Assembly (NCBI RefSeq): GCF_009914755.1
Contig: NC_060930.1
Origin: the human T2T-CHM13v2.0 reference genome, Homo sapiens
DNA length: 64,000 bases
Direction: 5' to 3' (one strand)
The notes under the pieces were generated by a model. The model saw only the letters and a list, made by a program, of their open reading frames with translations, ran no database searches and had not been told where the DNA came from. Positions 27,099-41,349 of the stretch are shown one piece after another. The first letter of the stretch is position 1. Each line of letters begins with the position of its first letter. The position numbers were made by a program, and so were the translations under genes.

Positions 27099-28108
27099 GT
27101 ATTTCGTATTTAATTTAATAAATGATAGATGGGAAATTCAAGGAAGGTAGGTCTTAATGGGTCAAATATGTGTGTGGAAACTTAACAAGTTGCAGCTTTA
27201 CAACACATGTGAAATCTGAATTTGAGTACTCTTTTGCTTTGCATTTGTGGCCATGTTCCAAAATCTGAGAATAAAACATTAACCCACTCTTTCAGAATAA
27301 CTAAGAGAATTCTAAAAATGCTTTTTAATGTATGTATTGTACTTGCTATTGGTAAGATAAGTCAATACATGTTTTATCATTGAAAAAGTTAATTTCTGAG
27401 GGGAAAGAAAATTATTTAAAATTTGACAATGTGTTCTAGCAAGTTTAGATTGCAAAGGATTTTTTACTTATAAAACATCATGGAACAGTTACAATATCTG
27501 TTAATTTAGTGCTGAGAACACCCATACCCTGAAAAGTGTGTTGAATGGGCATGGATGCCTGGATGAGAATGAGTATGCGTGGAAAGGTATGCTGACGAGC
27601 TTAAGTTTGCTCCAGAGCTGTCCTGGTGATTGATGCCTTTACTGCTTACTGCCTGCTGCATTTTATGAGATCACCAAAGTCATTCTCTTTATTAGGACCC
27701 CCACTATTTTCCTATTCTACTAGTAGGCATGTAGAAGCTAAACTTTTCCTGAACTTAGGGCCGCACTACCAGAGATCAAATATAAGAAATATATTTCTCA
27801 AGCAGTTTGCTGTTCTTATCTGAGTCTGTGATACTGAGTGGGAGAAACACTGGCAAAAGCTCTACTTTTTTCTTCTAGGGAATGACACCTGTTTACTTAT
27901 AAAAACTGAAAAACAGTATTATTTTCAAAATGCATGGCAAATCTTTAAATGTCAATGATCATGGTTGATTTTCATTGCCTAGTACAAGGTCAGGTACTTC
28001 ATAGACACTGAACTTATTTTTTAAATGCATGTTTCAAAGTACTTTTTGTTTCAGTATGTGGTAATGGGTTACTCTGAATAGTAAAAAACATACTTTTTTT
28101 CTTCCAAG

Positions 28109-28274
28109 CCTAACATTGATGTGCAAGAGTCTATCCATTTTTTGGAGTCTGAATTCAGTAGAGGAATTTCAGACAATTATACTCTAGCCCTTATAACTTA
28201 TGCATTGTCATCAGTGGGGAGTCCTAAAGCGAAGGAAGCTTTGAATATGCTGACTTGGAGAGCAGAACAAGAAG
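28109..28274 (+). CDS. CD109: CD109 exon 26
   Basis: ttccaag| ... G|gtaatg. Confidence 0.94.
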
Positions 28275-28549
28275 GTAATGTGCTGGGCCCACTTGAGGTT
28301 GTTATGCTTTATGAAATATATAACTTACATGAGAAAAATTTTTAGCCAGGTTTGAAATTGATTACATCTGCATCTTTTGGTGAAAAGTAAAACACATAAT
28401 GAGATCAGGATGGGCCTGACATGGCCACAATGCTTCTGGTCTCCCCAGGGTTTTTTTAACAGAATTTCAGGGCTCAGATGTCTCTTTATTTTAGATATGT
28501 GATGCCCTATGTCAGTTACCCTTTGAGTGTCTGATACCATTTCTGGTTT

Positions 28550-28735
28550 GGCAGCCTTGTAGTTTGCTAAGACCTTGGGTTCTGGAGAGACAGGTTAAAT
28601 CCTGGTTCTGCAACTTACCTTTATGAGGTTCAGTTTTCCCAACTGTAAAGTGGAAATGGCACCTATTTTAGAGTGGCTGTGAGGATTAAATGAGATAATG
28701 TGCAATGCTGCTGCATAGCAAATGCTCAAAAATAG
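28550..28735. mobile_element. MIR
   Basis: ttcagttttcccaactgtaaagtgg...gtgaggattaaatgagataatg. Confidence 0.65.
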
Positions 28736-28829
28736 GAACTAAAATGCTAATTAAAAGAAATTTGAATACCAAAAAATGCTGCTAGTAAGTGGATTATGTG
28801 TATTTTATATACAAAGTGGACAGGGATCC

Positions 28830-28831
<2 letters not shown>

Positions 28832-28867
<36 letters not shown>
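28832..28867. repeat. (TG)n
   Basis: direct. Confidence 0.95.
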
Positions 28868-28871
<4 letters not shown>

Positions 28872-29569
28872 AAGAGAGAGATGGAAGTGGGTGGGCAGAA
28901 ATAAGATAATGTCCAGTGATTCAAATTTCTGTTAATTCAAGAAGGGATAATTGTAGAAAGTGTTTAGAGGCTTCTGAGACTGTAAAAAATATTGTATTAA
29001 CAGTAACTTAGATTGAATCCTTGTTACCTATTCCAAAGCTGGGGACTAGAAGATTATTGCTTAGAGGCTGAAGCAGTCTTTGACATTTTTTCTTCTTGTC
29101 TGCTTGGCTAAGTGGTAGTTATTTAATATTCCACCTAAGTGTAGTCATCATCTAAATAGTAATATTTGAGAGAGGGCACCAAGTAGGATGGTCCTCTGGG
29201 GACTAGAGCAGAATTATCTCTAGGAAGGTTGTTGAGTTAGCTGGGGATCCTAATTTTTTTTCCTGGGGGCTTGAACCTCAAACTGTTAACACCAACCTTC
29301 AGATAATGAAAATGGGAGAGTCCAGAATATTAGAGCTAGTTAATGGCAGATTCCCAGAATAGGATTCTTTTCAATGTGTCTTAAAATATTTTGGGGATGG
29401 CCTGGTCAGATAAGTAACGTGCATTATCTTCTGAAATATATTATTTTTTCCTTTTATTTATAGCTATTTAGTCTTGAGCCAAATATAGGGAATTTCTCAT
29501 AGGAAAACTATTTTCATCAAAACATCCTCAAATGTAGGCAATGGGAAAAGGATGAAAATTTACAAGTAT

Positions 29570-29785
29570 ATAGGTTGAGCATCCCTAATCCAAAAATCTG
29601 AAATCCAAAATGCTCCAATGAGCATTTCCTTTGAGTATCATGTCAGTGCTCAAAAAGTTTCAGATTTTTGAGCATTTCAGATTTTGGAATGTATGTATGC
29701 TGTAAATATTCCAAAAATTCAAACAAAACAGAAATTGGACACACTTCTGGCCCCAAGCTTTTTGGATAAGATATACTTAACTTGT
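29570..29785. mobile_element. Tigger4/MER46-like MITE
   Basis: aggttgagcatccctaatccaaaaatctgaaatccaaaatgctcc with degenerate inverted end. Confidence 0.7.
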
Positions 29786-30005
29786 AATAGTTTAAAAAAG
29801 CAACATATAGGCACATGTATACATATGTATGTGTGTGTGTGTTTGTGATAAATAAATACATGTCTGGCATAAATAAATACATGTATACAAGTATATATTT
29901 TTTATGCTAGTTAAGTACAACTTGGACCAGAGTAGGAATATTTAATGGTATAAAATGTAATTTTTCTGGATAATTGATCAGAATGTTATTACTTTTCTCT
30001 TGCAG

Positions 30006-30196
30006 GTGGCATGCAATTCTGGGTGTCATCAGAGTCCAAACTTTCTGACTCCTGGCAGCCACGCTCCCTGGATATTGAAGTTGCAGCCTATGCACTGCTC
30101 TCACACTTCTTACAATTTCAGACTTCTGAGGGAATCCCAATTATGAGGTGGCTAAGCAGGCAAAGAAATAGCTTGGGTGGTTTTGCATCTACTCAG
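30006..30196 (+). CDS. CD109: CD109 exon 27 (...IEVAAYALL...GGFASTQ)
   Basis: ttgcag| ... CAG|gtgaga. Confidence 0.96.
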
Positions 30197-31012
30197 GTGA
30201 GAGATGATAGTTTTTTCCCTTTAAACTATAATATATAATATAGATTTATTTATTATATATATTTTATATATAATATATAGTATATATTATATAAATCATA
30301 TGTTATATATAAAAAATATTTTTAAAAGTATGTGGTTGCATTTTTTCCTTGATTTCATAAAATTACTTGGCAGTTTCAAAGTTTAGTAACTTAAGCAAAA
30401 GGCTAAATTGATTAATTTTAATTTTTTTCTCCTCATTACTATGAATTTCATGTCTGATATTTATATGGAATAAATCAGTTCCCCATCTGCCACTTTTCAT
30501 CTGTGGTAACTGATATAAGAGTAGATGTTCAGTTCCATATAGCAAATATTTTCTATTTTCTTTTCTTCTTTTTGGAAAGGAAAAACTGAAACTTTTAATT
30601 TACTGATAATATGATCATTTATGAGCAAAATTCAGTGGGATCTACAGAAATGCTACTAGGATTAACAAGTGAATTTAGTAACATTGTGGTATAAAAAAAC
30701 ATTGTACGGAAATCCATTGTATCTATATATAAGCAATGGAAATGCAAATCAAAATAGCATAACATGTGAACTGTTTAGGGATTAATCTGACAAAAATCAA
30801 TAAGATCTATACACTAAAAACTATAAAACATTTCAGCAAACATTTTCTGAGCCTCTCCTGTACTCTAGGCCAAGGACATTCAAATATGAATCAGGGAGCA
30901 TTCCACTCTGAAGGAAGGTGTATGAATATCCAGCAACAAAATACTACTAAATTTACTCTTTGAAGACCTTGATATATACTTATATGTACAAATGTTTTTC
31001 TTCCCTCAACAG

Positions 31013-31168
31013 GATACCACTGTGGCTTTAAAGGCTCTGTCTGAATTTGCAGCCCTAATGAATACAGAAAGGACAAATATCCAAGTGACCGTGACGGGGC
31101 CTAGCTCACCAAGTCCTGTAAAGTTTCTGATTGACACACACAACCGCTTACTCCTTCAGACAGCAGAG
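31013..31168 (+). CDS. CD109: CD109 exon 28 (DTTVALKAL...)
   Basis: caacag| ... GAG|gtgtgg; internal alternative donor after 31117. Confidence 0.94.
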
Positions 31169-31399
31169 GTGTGGGCAAGGGGCAGTTATTTAAAAATCAG
31201 TGTAGACAATTCTTTATGCTGGAATACTGCTTTATTTGTAATCTGTTGATTTCAACAAAGACTTGTTTCCAGAGCTCTGTAGAGTAATAGGGAGAAGTGG
31301 TGCCCTTCTTTGGCTGAATTTGCTGAGCTCTGGAAGGGTGGGGAACTTTGGAAAGATTGGTGGAACAGGAGAAAACACGGGCACTGTAACATTGGGAAA

Positions 31400-31645
31400 G
31401 GAATGAACATAGAAACCTGTTGAGTTTCTATTCTTCATAGGCACTGTGCTAGATTACTTTACGTATGCTATTGCATTTACTTCTCAAAGTAACTCTAAGA
31501 AGTAAGTACATCTATCCCCATCATACATATGATAAAACTGAGGCTGAGAGAGGTTAAGTGACTTGCTCAAGATCATGTTACTAGTAACAGTAGAGCTAGG
31601 ATTTGAACTCATCATTCCAAAGACCATGTTCTTCTCAGCTGCTCC
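31400..31645. mobile_element. MIR
   Basis: aaactgaggctgagagaggttaagtgacttgctcaagatca. Confidence 0.7.
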
Positions 31646-32225
31646 ACATGTCTTCTTAGGAGAATTGATAGAACCGGTAGTAGAATTCTTACTTTAACTG
31701 GAATAAAAGAATATGCTAGTTCTTAACTTTATTCCCTTGATCAGTTTTGTGGGAGGTTAAGTACAATGGATGAAGGTGATAACTTCAATTCTGGAAAGTG
31801 ATGAAGAGTGGTGATGATAAAGGAAAAGAAAGAATAAAGTTAGGCACAGTCATAGACAATGTGTTATTGTGTTCCTGGGAGAGCCAGGGGATTAGGCCCT
31901 GATTAAGGGAGGTCAGGGGAGGGAGATGACTTTAGTTTCTTGTCTTTTATGCTTCAGCCCCAACAGGAGGACAGACTTGTCAGTAGCACTAATGTGCCCT
32001 CCCATGGGCAGAGGTGAGGGAGCTTGGGGAGTGTGCACTTTTCCTTTCATCACCTTGCTTACCTATTTGACCCATAGCTTTTGACATGTGAGACAGTGCA
32101 AAGCTCTTAGTGCTGTCAGTGATTGCTTCTTTTCCTAATGAGGGATAGGACTGATCTGTTTTGCTACTTGGAAGGATCTAGATATGGAAAATTAGCCTCA
32201 TTCACTTTTTTTCACCTTGATTCAG

Positions 32226-32291
32226 CTTGCTGTGGTACAGCCAACGGCAGTTAATATTTCCGCAAATGGTTTTGGATTTGCTATTTGTCAG
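32226..32291 (+). CDS. CD109: CD109 exon 29 (LAVVQPTAVNISANGFGFAICQ)
   Basis: attcag| ... CAG|gtatgt. Confidence 0.94.
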
Positions 32292-33199
32292 GTATGTAAC
32301 GATGCTTATTTTTTTAAGTTAAATATGACTTTTTATAATAATTATTTGGTTTGGGGCTTTATTAAATCTTAGATAACTTGAATATAATTCCTAATGATTT
32401 ACATCTGTGACTTAAGCAAGATATATCACTGTCTTTAATAAAAAGTATTAGAGATGTTGCCAGCCAATGAGTAGAGAGCAATTATATAGATTGATTTTCT
32501 GTTTGAAAAGTATTTCTTGGAGATTATTTGCTTTTTGAAGTGAGGGTTAATGTCCTCCAATATGATTCCTGATAACAAATACATGTTTTACTTATAATTT
32601 CTTAATATTCATCTGAGAATATAGAAGTCAACATGGTAGAATTATTGACTTGAGGGGAGGAATTGTGTCCCTTTAATGTAAAATCTTATATAATAGTAAA
32701 TATAACAATTAAAGCATAATTATGCTCAATCCTCTGGTACAGAAAGAAAATATAAAGAAATCTACATTTTTATAGTGCAGCAGGAGCTACAATAAAATGG
32801 AAGTAGTATGAAAAATACTGAATAAGATAATCATCACACTAAATAGCACATAAAAATATTGAGGACTTTAAGATCATCTCATTAGAACCCAAAGATAATT
32901 TGTGATAGGACCAAAAATGGTTGTGTGCTTGGGTAGAAACAAACGACCAAACAAAAACACTGAAACACTTACTGAGAAAGTAAAAAAATGGCTATTATGG
33001 AGAAAAAGTACTTTTTTCAAAAACCAGAACAACCATTCTAGTAGAGAGAACAGGTATACTTGCTGAGTAGGGCGGGTATACCTTGCTAAGCAGGTATAAT
33101 TTAGAAACTTCCAAATAATTCTAAGATTATTTTGCATTATTCTCAGAATACAGTAAACATTTTTTAAAACTAAAGGAAAAATGATCACAATGAAAAGGA

Positions 33200-34400
33200 A
33201 TGGTATTCAGTGAAAAGGTCAGAAAGAGAAAGTAAACAATTTATTTCGATCTTTACTAACAAAGACCATGGGAAAATTCTCATTCTCAAGCTGTCTTGCA
33301 ATCCAAGAGTAAATCCAGAAGTAAATATGCTGTGTATTCTAGATAAAATTGAAAAATTATATGTACTTAAATCACCAAGTTGGTTGGAATTCATTTTTGA
33401 TAAACCAAATGTAGAGAAATTAGTGAAACCAAGTGATTTTTTACTTGAGGCTTGAAGCACACAGGGGTAAATGTGGTACCTGTTGGTCAGAATGTTCATC
33501 AATCCCATGTTGGTCTCAAAATGCAGAAAACAAAAGGAAGGGACCAGTAGGCACTTCTCATGAGGGAGGAAAAAAATTACAAAGAAGTTGGTCACTCAGA
33601 AATGGGTATTGAGATTTCTTACAGTTGATATTTTTATAAGTGCTCTGGAACAAGGAAGGCAAAGAAAACTCATGAGTTTGCAGTAAATATTACCCTCTTT
33701 TGGGTAATAAAATACTAAACTGTTGGAAATAAACTGCAAGATCTTTTGAAGTTCCCTGAGTGAGCAGTTGAGCTTTATTGCCAAATGTAAACCCTAATAC
33801 TTAGTTATGGATGGGCATTAATTATGACCCAAGAGACAGAGTAGTCCTTGTTTGTTTCCTGATAGCATTGGTCTCTAAAGGGACAATTGCATGCCACCGA
33901 AAGGGGAATGATGGAAATAATAGAAAGCATTTCTCCAATTTTATGGGACTGTTCTTCAGCTGCTTCAGGAATACTCTATAATTTAATCATTATACTTTAA
34001 GAAAGAGTTGACAAATGTCCAAAGTAAGATAACCAGAAGGATCGAGTGGATGAAGGATTATATCAGTTTGGATTGTGGCAGAATAAGAAGATTGCAACTT
34101 TTAGATTTGAAAAATGAAGGCTTAGAGGATTTTTTTAAGTATGCAAATCCATGAGGGGTATTAGATGTTAGTTCTGAGGGGTGTGTGTGTATGTGTGTGC
34201 ACGTGTGCATATGTGTATGTGTTTTAGGTATAAGTTAAAAGAAAATACAACCTTACAAAGCAACAGTAAGCTTTATGAACCTTGTTATAAAAAAGGGGAT
34301 GAGGTAAAACATTTAAATAGATTCCAGTCCATCTGGAGATGAGACTGGACTAGGAAGTTTTGAGTACATTCCTAAGCTTCTGATTTAGGATCCCTTTGAG
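33200..34400 (+). mobile_element. Highly degraded L3/CR1 LINE relic (boundaries uncertain)
   Basis: remnants resembling CR1 ORF2 (EKLYVLKSP; tttgaaaaatgaaggcttagaggat ~ LEKRRLRGD). Confidence 0.4.
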
Positions 34401-35001
34401 AAAGACACGGGTCCTCAGGCTCTCCCAGTGTGTCTACGGCACCTTTAACATCAGTGGTGGGTACAGAGTAGATGCTGAGAAAGACCCAGTTGACTTGAAA
34501 GCTATCATTTATTTTATCATCTTTGACAAACATTGTATGAACAAAAATAATCCTCAGCAATGTTCAACTAAGGCTCTTCAATGTTTTAGTTTTGATTTAT
34601 CCTACTGAGAGTTTTTGAAGTTCTAGTTAGAGAAAAATGACTCCATTTGGGCAACAGGCCTTAGAAATTAGTGAATGCTGTCAAGAAAGTTTTTTCCTCA
34701 AGGGAATGTTTACCCTCTTTGGCAAACCAGTATCCCCAAATATCACCCATAGTGTTTTATTGTACTTGTTTTGGAATATTACTTAACAGTTTTCTCCATT
34801 TAAACATAATTTTATAAATTTTAATACTATTTGTTAATAGTGATACTTTGTGAGCAAGTTAAATTAATTTTTTTCTAGTTTGAAGATTAAAAATCTTACT
34901 GGGTCCATCCAAAGAGAATCATTACCTAATACAGTATTTAGAAGGCAAAATGATGGAAATTTATGTCCAACTTGTTATTTATGCTAGTTTATTTTTTACA
35001 G

Positions 35002-35144
35002 CTCAATGTTGTATATAATGTGAAGGCTTCTGGGTCTTCTAGAAGACGAAGATCTATCCAAAATCAAGAAGCCTTTGATTTAGATGTTGCTGTAAAAGAA
35101 AATAAAGATGATCTCAATCATGTGGATTTGAATGTGTGTACAAG
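35002..35144 (+). CDS. CD109: CD109 exon 30, furin site RRRR (35041-35052)
   Basis: ttacag| ... AG|gtaagt. Confidence 0.96.
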
Positions 35145-36487
35145 GTAAGTGTCTGCTTAGGTCTCTCTTCTTTTTTTCCTTTAAAAAATAGACTTGAAGG
35201 TTTAATTATGTATAGTTGTCTATATCAATCTAAGAGTTATATTGAACAAAGAATTCAGTTATGCACTACACTTCAGATTACAAACTAGAAATACTACTAA
35301 TTATATTCAAGCATTTATTAGATGCATACAAAAATTATTTACAAGTTTTCCCTGGACGTATAACACATTTGAATAGAACAGTGTATATATAAATTAATAA
35401 AACTCAGGTCTAATTTAGGAAAACTTTAAATTAAGTCAATCATATTTAATACTTCAAAAATGGTTATTTCTTGTTATGAGTTATTTTTCTGTAGAAATAA
35501 TTATTTCAGGTTCATATTGAACCTTAACTGTTAGGCATTTAACCCAAAACTTTATGATAACGTGCAAATTCAATCAAGAGGATAGTTTTTTTTTAGGTAC
35601 ATTGAAAATATTCCAGTTTAGGAGTTTCTCATCTTGGATAATTAGACACTTAACAGCTGAAGCTTCTGGGAGTACTTTTTAAGTTGACTCTTAAATTGTT
35701 CTATATCCAAAGCATCTGAGAATCTTGTTAATAAGGAAAAAGGGTTCTATCTCAACCCTACCGACTTCACAGTAAGACTGGGAAGCTGCAGATTTTTGGT
35801 CATTCCACTGCACACAGGAGTTTGAGCACACTCCTTGTGAAAGTTCTTGAATAGAGGCTTCACTTTTTTTTCTTTCGTGAATCTATTCTCTTACATCTGC
35901 ATTATTTGGTATTGAGCTGGGACTTAAAGATGCACTGGCACTGAGGAGCTGCTGTTTGCTCTTCTAAAATATCCCATAGTGTCCTGGTTTAACTTAGCTT
36001 ATTGTTGGGCTAGAAGTCCCTGATGTGGTCCTGAGCTGGCAGATGTTCTTCAAGGTCATCTCTGGGTGTTCATCCAGGTGGCCAGCCTTCACAGCTATTG
36101 CCTGGACCCAGTCTCCGCCATTACTGCTACTGTCTGTCTTTATCTTTGGACCTTCTTGTTCATGATTTTGGGGTAAAATGTCCCACATTTGTCCCATTCT
36201 TCACCTTCTTGGGCATTTTGGGCCAGCAGCAAGGGGATATCAGAATCTCTGTGTTGGCATCCTTTTCAGCTGAGAAAAAAGTAGGACTCCAATTATTTTT
36301 TACGAATCTTCCAATTGGTCTCTGTTATAGAATAACAACTTCAAGTTATTACTATTATTATAAACAATAACAACCTACAGTAATTACAAACTTATATGCC
36401 AGGCACGGCACCAAACACTTTTATGTGAATATCATTTAATTCTTACAGGAACTCTGTAAAGTATGTGTTATTATTATCCCTGCTTTT

Positions 36488-36570
36488 CTCAAATTCCTGG
36501 CCTCAAGTGATCCTCCTGCGTTGGCCTCCCAAAGTGCTGGGCTTACAGGCATGAGCCACTGTGCCCCACC
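36488..36570 (-). mobile_element. Alu left-arm fragment
   Basis: ctggcctcaagtgatcctcctg...gagccactgtgccc. Confidence 0.8.
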
Positions 36571-38408
36571 TATTCTTGCTTTTCTCATTCATTTATTTAT
36601 TCCCTCAGCAAGTATTGCTTGAGTCTCTACTATGTGCCAGGCATGGTGTCTGTGTGTCAGGCGTGGGAATATAATTGTAAGCCAAAAAAGACACAAGCTC
36701 TGCCTTGTGGAACTTGCTGTTTGAGGGGGATACAGAAATTAATGGAAACAATCCCCTAAGCAAGCCTAAAATTCTAATTTTGAAAAGGGCAAAGAAGAAG
36801 ACCCTCATGGAGTTAAGAGAGGGAGATTTTTACCTCTTAAGAGACATCAAGTGAAGAAACATGAGAAAAATGAGGTGGGGAACCAGAATTCAGACTGTGA
36901 AGAGGCCTCAGCATTTATAGGGGTTCATGTAAGGATGCAGGATTTCCAGTTTTAAGCATCAGGAATCAGGTGGACAACAGAGTTTGGGTGGTAGGTAGAG
37001 CCTGAAGAAGGGAAATGTTTTCATGTGAGGGTAGGGGTTTTATAAAAAGGATTTAAATGCTGCTACTAGTTTTCTGAGAAAAATCTGGTATGAAGGACAA
37101 ATAACATTTAGGTGTATTTTTTCAGCAGCACATTATAAAAAGATTACTTGATATTTCAGACACTTTATTCCTATCAACAGGGTCCAAGACCTTACCTCAT
37201 ACCAGGCTTTCTGTGTGGCATGATAGTTTAACAAATTCTGCCCCAGGCTTGGTAGAGAGATCAGATCAACCAAGGTACTTTTAATATGTACTGAAAGTAT
37301 AATCTGCATTGTGCTTTTAAATGTTTAAGCATATTGACTGTTTTTTTCTCATCTATATTTTTTTCTCATATGCAAACACCTCCAGTTTCAATCCATTTAT
37401 TAGTTCTCAATAACATCTATTTTGGCTCAGTGCATTGCCAGCAGATGGTTTCAGTTGCTTCGGATTGCAGAGCCAGCTGAAGTCAGCAGTTGTACTGTAT
37501 GGCTTTTCAATCAGTCATGTTTGGCAGGCATGGGTTTTCTGCTCTAAAAAGCAAGATTTTTCTAACAGCCCTTCTTTCTTTTGCTATTTAAAAGGACAAC
37601 AGGTACTAACTTAATGCTATGATTCTTTTAAATTGGAGGCAAACATCTTTCCATAATCACTTAGCTGGGCTCCTTCTGCTCTAAATGAAAAGCTCTTGCC
37701 ATCAATTCATTTTATAAAAATATTTATTTCCAAGCAGACAAAATGTTGTTGGTGCCCAGATCCTTTGATGCTCACATCACGTACAACAGGGCGAGAGAAG
37801 GATGCAGTGTAATAAAACTTTCCAAGGCTTGTAATTCCCTCACGGTGGCCAAAGAAAACAGAAAATGTTCTTCAAGTATATGGGAGAACAAAGGGAAGGC
37901 TTCTCCCTACTGGTCTGATGTTTCTAAAATCAGACGAATAAAAGGTTGCTAAGACCTTGGATGGGACCTATCACTAAGTGGTCAAGTGATGCCTCCTTCT
38001 CAGGGCCTGGCTTTCAGCTTGCAAGTTTGGTGCTGTCAACTTTTGAGAAAAGGAAAAGTGCAATTCTGTTTGGAATCACCACTAGAAAATAGAGTTGTCT
38101 GTTGAAAGGATGTATATTGTACTGTCACAGTTTATAAGCACAAGCCTCTTACATTGCAGGCATTGCATACTATCTGTCAGATGAACACATTGTTGTATCA
38201 TTATTCCTTATATGGTTAAAAGTTTCAAGATTACCACACATGTAAGAAAATGATAACCTGTTTTAAAATTCTCTATAGGGAATTTTATTTGAACTCAAAC
38301 AGTGTTTGGAATAACATTTGGTGGGTTTGATTTTTGTATGAAGATAATTTGATAACAGCTATGGGTTTTTCCTGAGGAGTTTTCATTCATCCTCCCTCTT
38401 TGATTTAG

Positions 38409-38556
38409 CTTTTCGGGCCCGGGTAGGAGTGGCATGGCTCTTATGGAAGTTAACCTATTAAGTGGCTTTATGGTGCCTTCAGAAGCAATTTCTCTGAGCG
38501 AGACAGTGAAGAAAGTGGAATATGATCATGGAAAACTCAACCTCTATTTAGATTCT
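38409..38556 (+). CDS. CD109: CD109 exon 31 (SGMALMEVNLLSGF...)
   Basis: atttag| ... TCT|gtaagt; receptor-binding-domain-like motif. Confidence 0.95.
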
Positions 38557-38888
38557 GTAAGTAGTAAAACATAAGGTAACTGTTGACAAAACCACTGTGT
38601 TTTGTATTCAGGTGTCTACCTTACTTTAAGTATGTTTTCTTTAATTCATTGTTATTTCAACTTTTTGTGTCCCTGAATGAGTTTAACATGGCAACCATAT
38701 ATTTATCTCCATTAGAAAGACATAAGTATAAAATCAGTTTAGAGAGTTGCTATTAATGACGAGCCTGATGAAGGCCTTCATAACTAAATCTTTATTTCAT
38801 GCCAGATATGAAATACATAGAAATTTCCATAGTATAATTAAAAAAATTCAACCCAGATCTGAATTTGAGAGCCTGTCTGCCTCAGGGA

Positions 38889-39155
38889 GTTGCCTAGGCT
38901 GGAGTGCAGTGGTGCAATCGTAGCTCACTGCAACCTCCAACTCCTGGGCTCAAGTGATCCTCCCACTGCAGGCTCCTGAGTAGCTGGGACCACAGGTGCA
39001 TGCCACCATGCCTAGATAATTTCATGAGAATTTTTTGTGGAGATAGGGTCTCATTTTGTTGCCCAGGCTGGTTTTGAACTCCTGACTTCAAGTGATCTTC
39101 TGGTCTTGGCCTCTCAAAGTGTTGGGATTACAGGTGTGAGCTGCCATGCCTGGCT
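38889..39155 (-). mobile_element. AluJ lacking tail
   Basis: ctcctgggctcaagtgatcctccc. Confidence 0.85.
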
Positions 39156-40482
39156 GGAAGACGAAAGTCTTAATTACACATTTTAAAATTCTTCCATGAA
39201 GCTTTTAACAAACCTTAAAGGGGTTCATATTCTTACCTTGAAAAATTAGGTGCTAAATCATGGAAGACTATTCTCAGAGATTTGATCTTGACATAGAATT
39301 GTTACATAACCTTCGTGTACTCTTTCCATTGCTGAATGAGTACTACTGATTCAAGAATAAAGTGCACACAGTGTGTAGGGAAAGGTAAGTGAAGAATTCC
39401 AGACTCTACTTGGTATGTCTCAAAACTGGTGGTATGTAAGTTTATTCTTTTCTTATAGCATCTATATGAGCTTCATAGGTTGAACTGATATTGAGTTCAT
39501 AGTATTCTAAGGATTTCATATTACATGGGTGGGTTTGTATGTTTCTTATTTCAGTTTTGCTAAGTATGAATCAGAAATATATTGCTGAATATATGCTTTT
39601 AAAAAGATAGTTCTTGAATGGTCTCATTTGTTTTAGCACTTCAAAACCACTTTGGTTAAAGCCCTGTTAAAACTAATTCAGTCTCAATATAATGTTAAAT
39701 AACAGTCTCTAGATTCTTTTGCTGTTTAGGAATTATCTTACATTAAGCACTGCTCAAAAGCCATTGGCCTGATTTGGAACTTGAAAAACAAATTTAAGGT
39801 TTTAGTTTAGTTGTGTAATTGGTTTTGGAGTTTGTCTTCTATCTTTGATGCTCTTGTTAATGGTTATTTTAATTTGAGTGTCCAGTACTCTTTGAGTGGT
39901 CAGTTTGACTTTTCATTTACTACTATTGGCAAATAAGGGAATGTTTGAAGGAATTTACTAATTTCTGATTCTTTAATGAGTGTTGTTTGCCAAATTGGCC
40001 AGATCTATCTCTCTTGGAGACAGATAGGCTGGCCTTGTGTACCCCATCTCAGTCATTGGCTGTGGAGTACAGCCCCATCTTAGTTACCTCACCTACTGGG
40101 TGACATGGCTTGCATGAGCTGAGGGTGATTCCCAGGAGAAGGAGGCTGCTGTGAGCCATTAGTAGTAACTGGGGGTGGGGTGCACCATCTGAGACAGGAG
40201 ATCTAGGTGCATGCACCCTCAGGCTTGCTGCTTACTTAACCACTCTAATTCTCAGTATCCCATTCAGCAAAATGGAACTAAGAACAATACCTTTTTGTAA
40301 GCATTGTTTTACAAGTTAAATAAGATAGTTCATAGGAAGTACTTACTGCAGTATCTGACATGTAGAAATCCTCCCTAAGTGTTAGTCTCTGTTTCCTAAA
40401 ATGATGAGAAAAAAGAAATGTCTTTACTTAATCATGAACACACAGTGTGCCAACCCCTTAAGACTCTTTTGTATTTCTCAAG

Positions 40483-40585
40483 GTAAATGAAACCCAGTTT
40501 TGTGTTAATATTCCTGCTGTGAGAAACTTTAAAGTTTCAAATACCCAAGATGCTTCAGTGTCCATAGTGGATTACTATGAGCCAA
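40483..40585 (+). CDS. CD109: CD109 exon 32 (VNETQFCV...VDYYEP)
   Basis: ctcaag| ... A|gtaagt; DYYEP motif. Confidence 0.94.
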
Positions 40586-40965
40586 GTAAGTATGCTCTGG
40601 AGTTCTTAATACTTTAGAAATTAAGCCAGGCATTCATTCATTTATTGGAAGTGACCACACATTGGATTGGTTCTGTGGCGAGGGCAGGATTTGGTAGGAG
40701 AAAGTACAGGAGGTGGGGAGGCAGGAAGTGAGCATTCCATTTCAGTGAAGACTATTGATAATTTACAAGGGTCACATGATAGGTTTTAGCATATGAAATT
40801 TAGAAATGATATATTTTTTCATAATGTTTTAGATTTTTAACTCACAATTATAAACTTTACAAAGAAAAATTGGCATATAGAGTCCAGTTATGTCTCATTT
40901 GCAAGGTATTGCTTCTATTCCAAGCACCCATTCCATCTGTTTCCAGCTTTAAAATGGGAGTTCTT

Positions 40966-41333
40966 AATGTGGCACATATACACCATGGAATACTATGCAG
41001 CTATAAAAAAGGATGAGTTCATGTCCTTTGTAGGGACATGGATGAAGCTGGAAACCATTCTCAGCAAACTATCGCAAGGACAAAAAACCAAATGCTGCAT
41101 GTTCGCACTCATAGGTGGGAATTGACCAATGAGAACACTTGGACACAGAGAGGGGATCATCACATACCAGGGCCTGTCATGGGGTTGGGGGAGGAGGGAG
41201 GGATAGCATTAGGAGTTATACCTAATGTAAATGACGAGTTAACGGGTGCAGCACACCAACATGGCACATGTATACATATGTAACAAACCTGCACGTTGTG
41301 CACATGTACCCTAGCACTTAAAGTATAATAAAA
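40966..41333 (+). mobile_element. Short L1PA 3' end (younger)
   Basis: L1PA 3'UTR; TSD aaaatgggagttctt at 40951-40965 and 41334-41348. Confidence 0.9.
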
Positions 41334-41349
41334 AAAATGGGAGTTCTTC

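Noticed and set aside
32874-33784. Cluster of 60-136 aa ORFs in intron 29 as a nested gene
   Set aside because: No recognisable product or splice structure; AT-rich, at most a CR1/L3 relic
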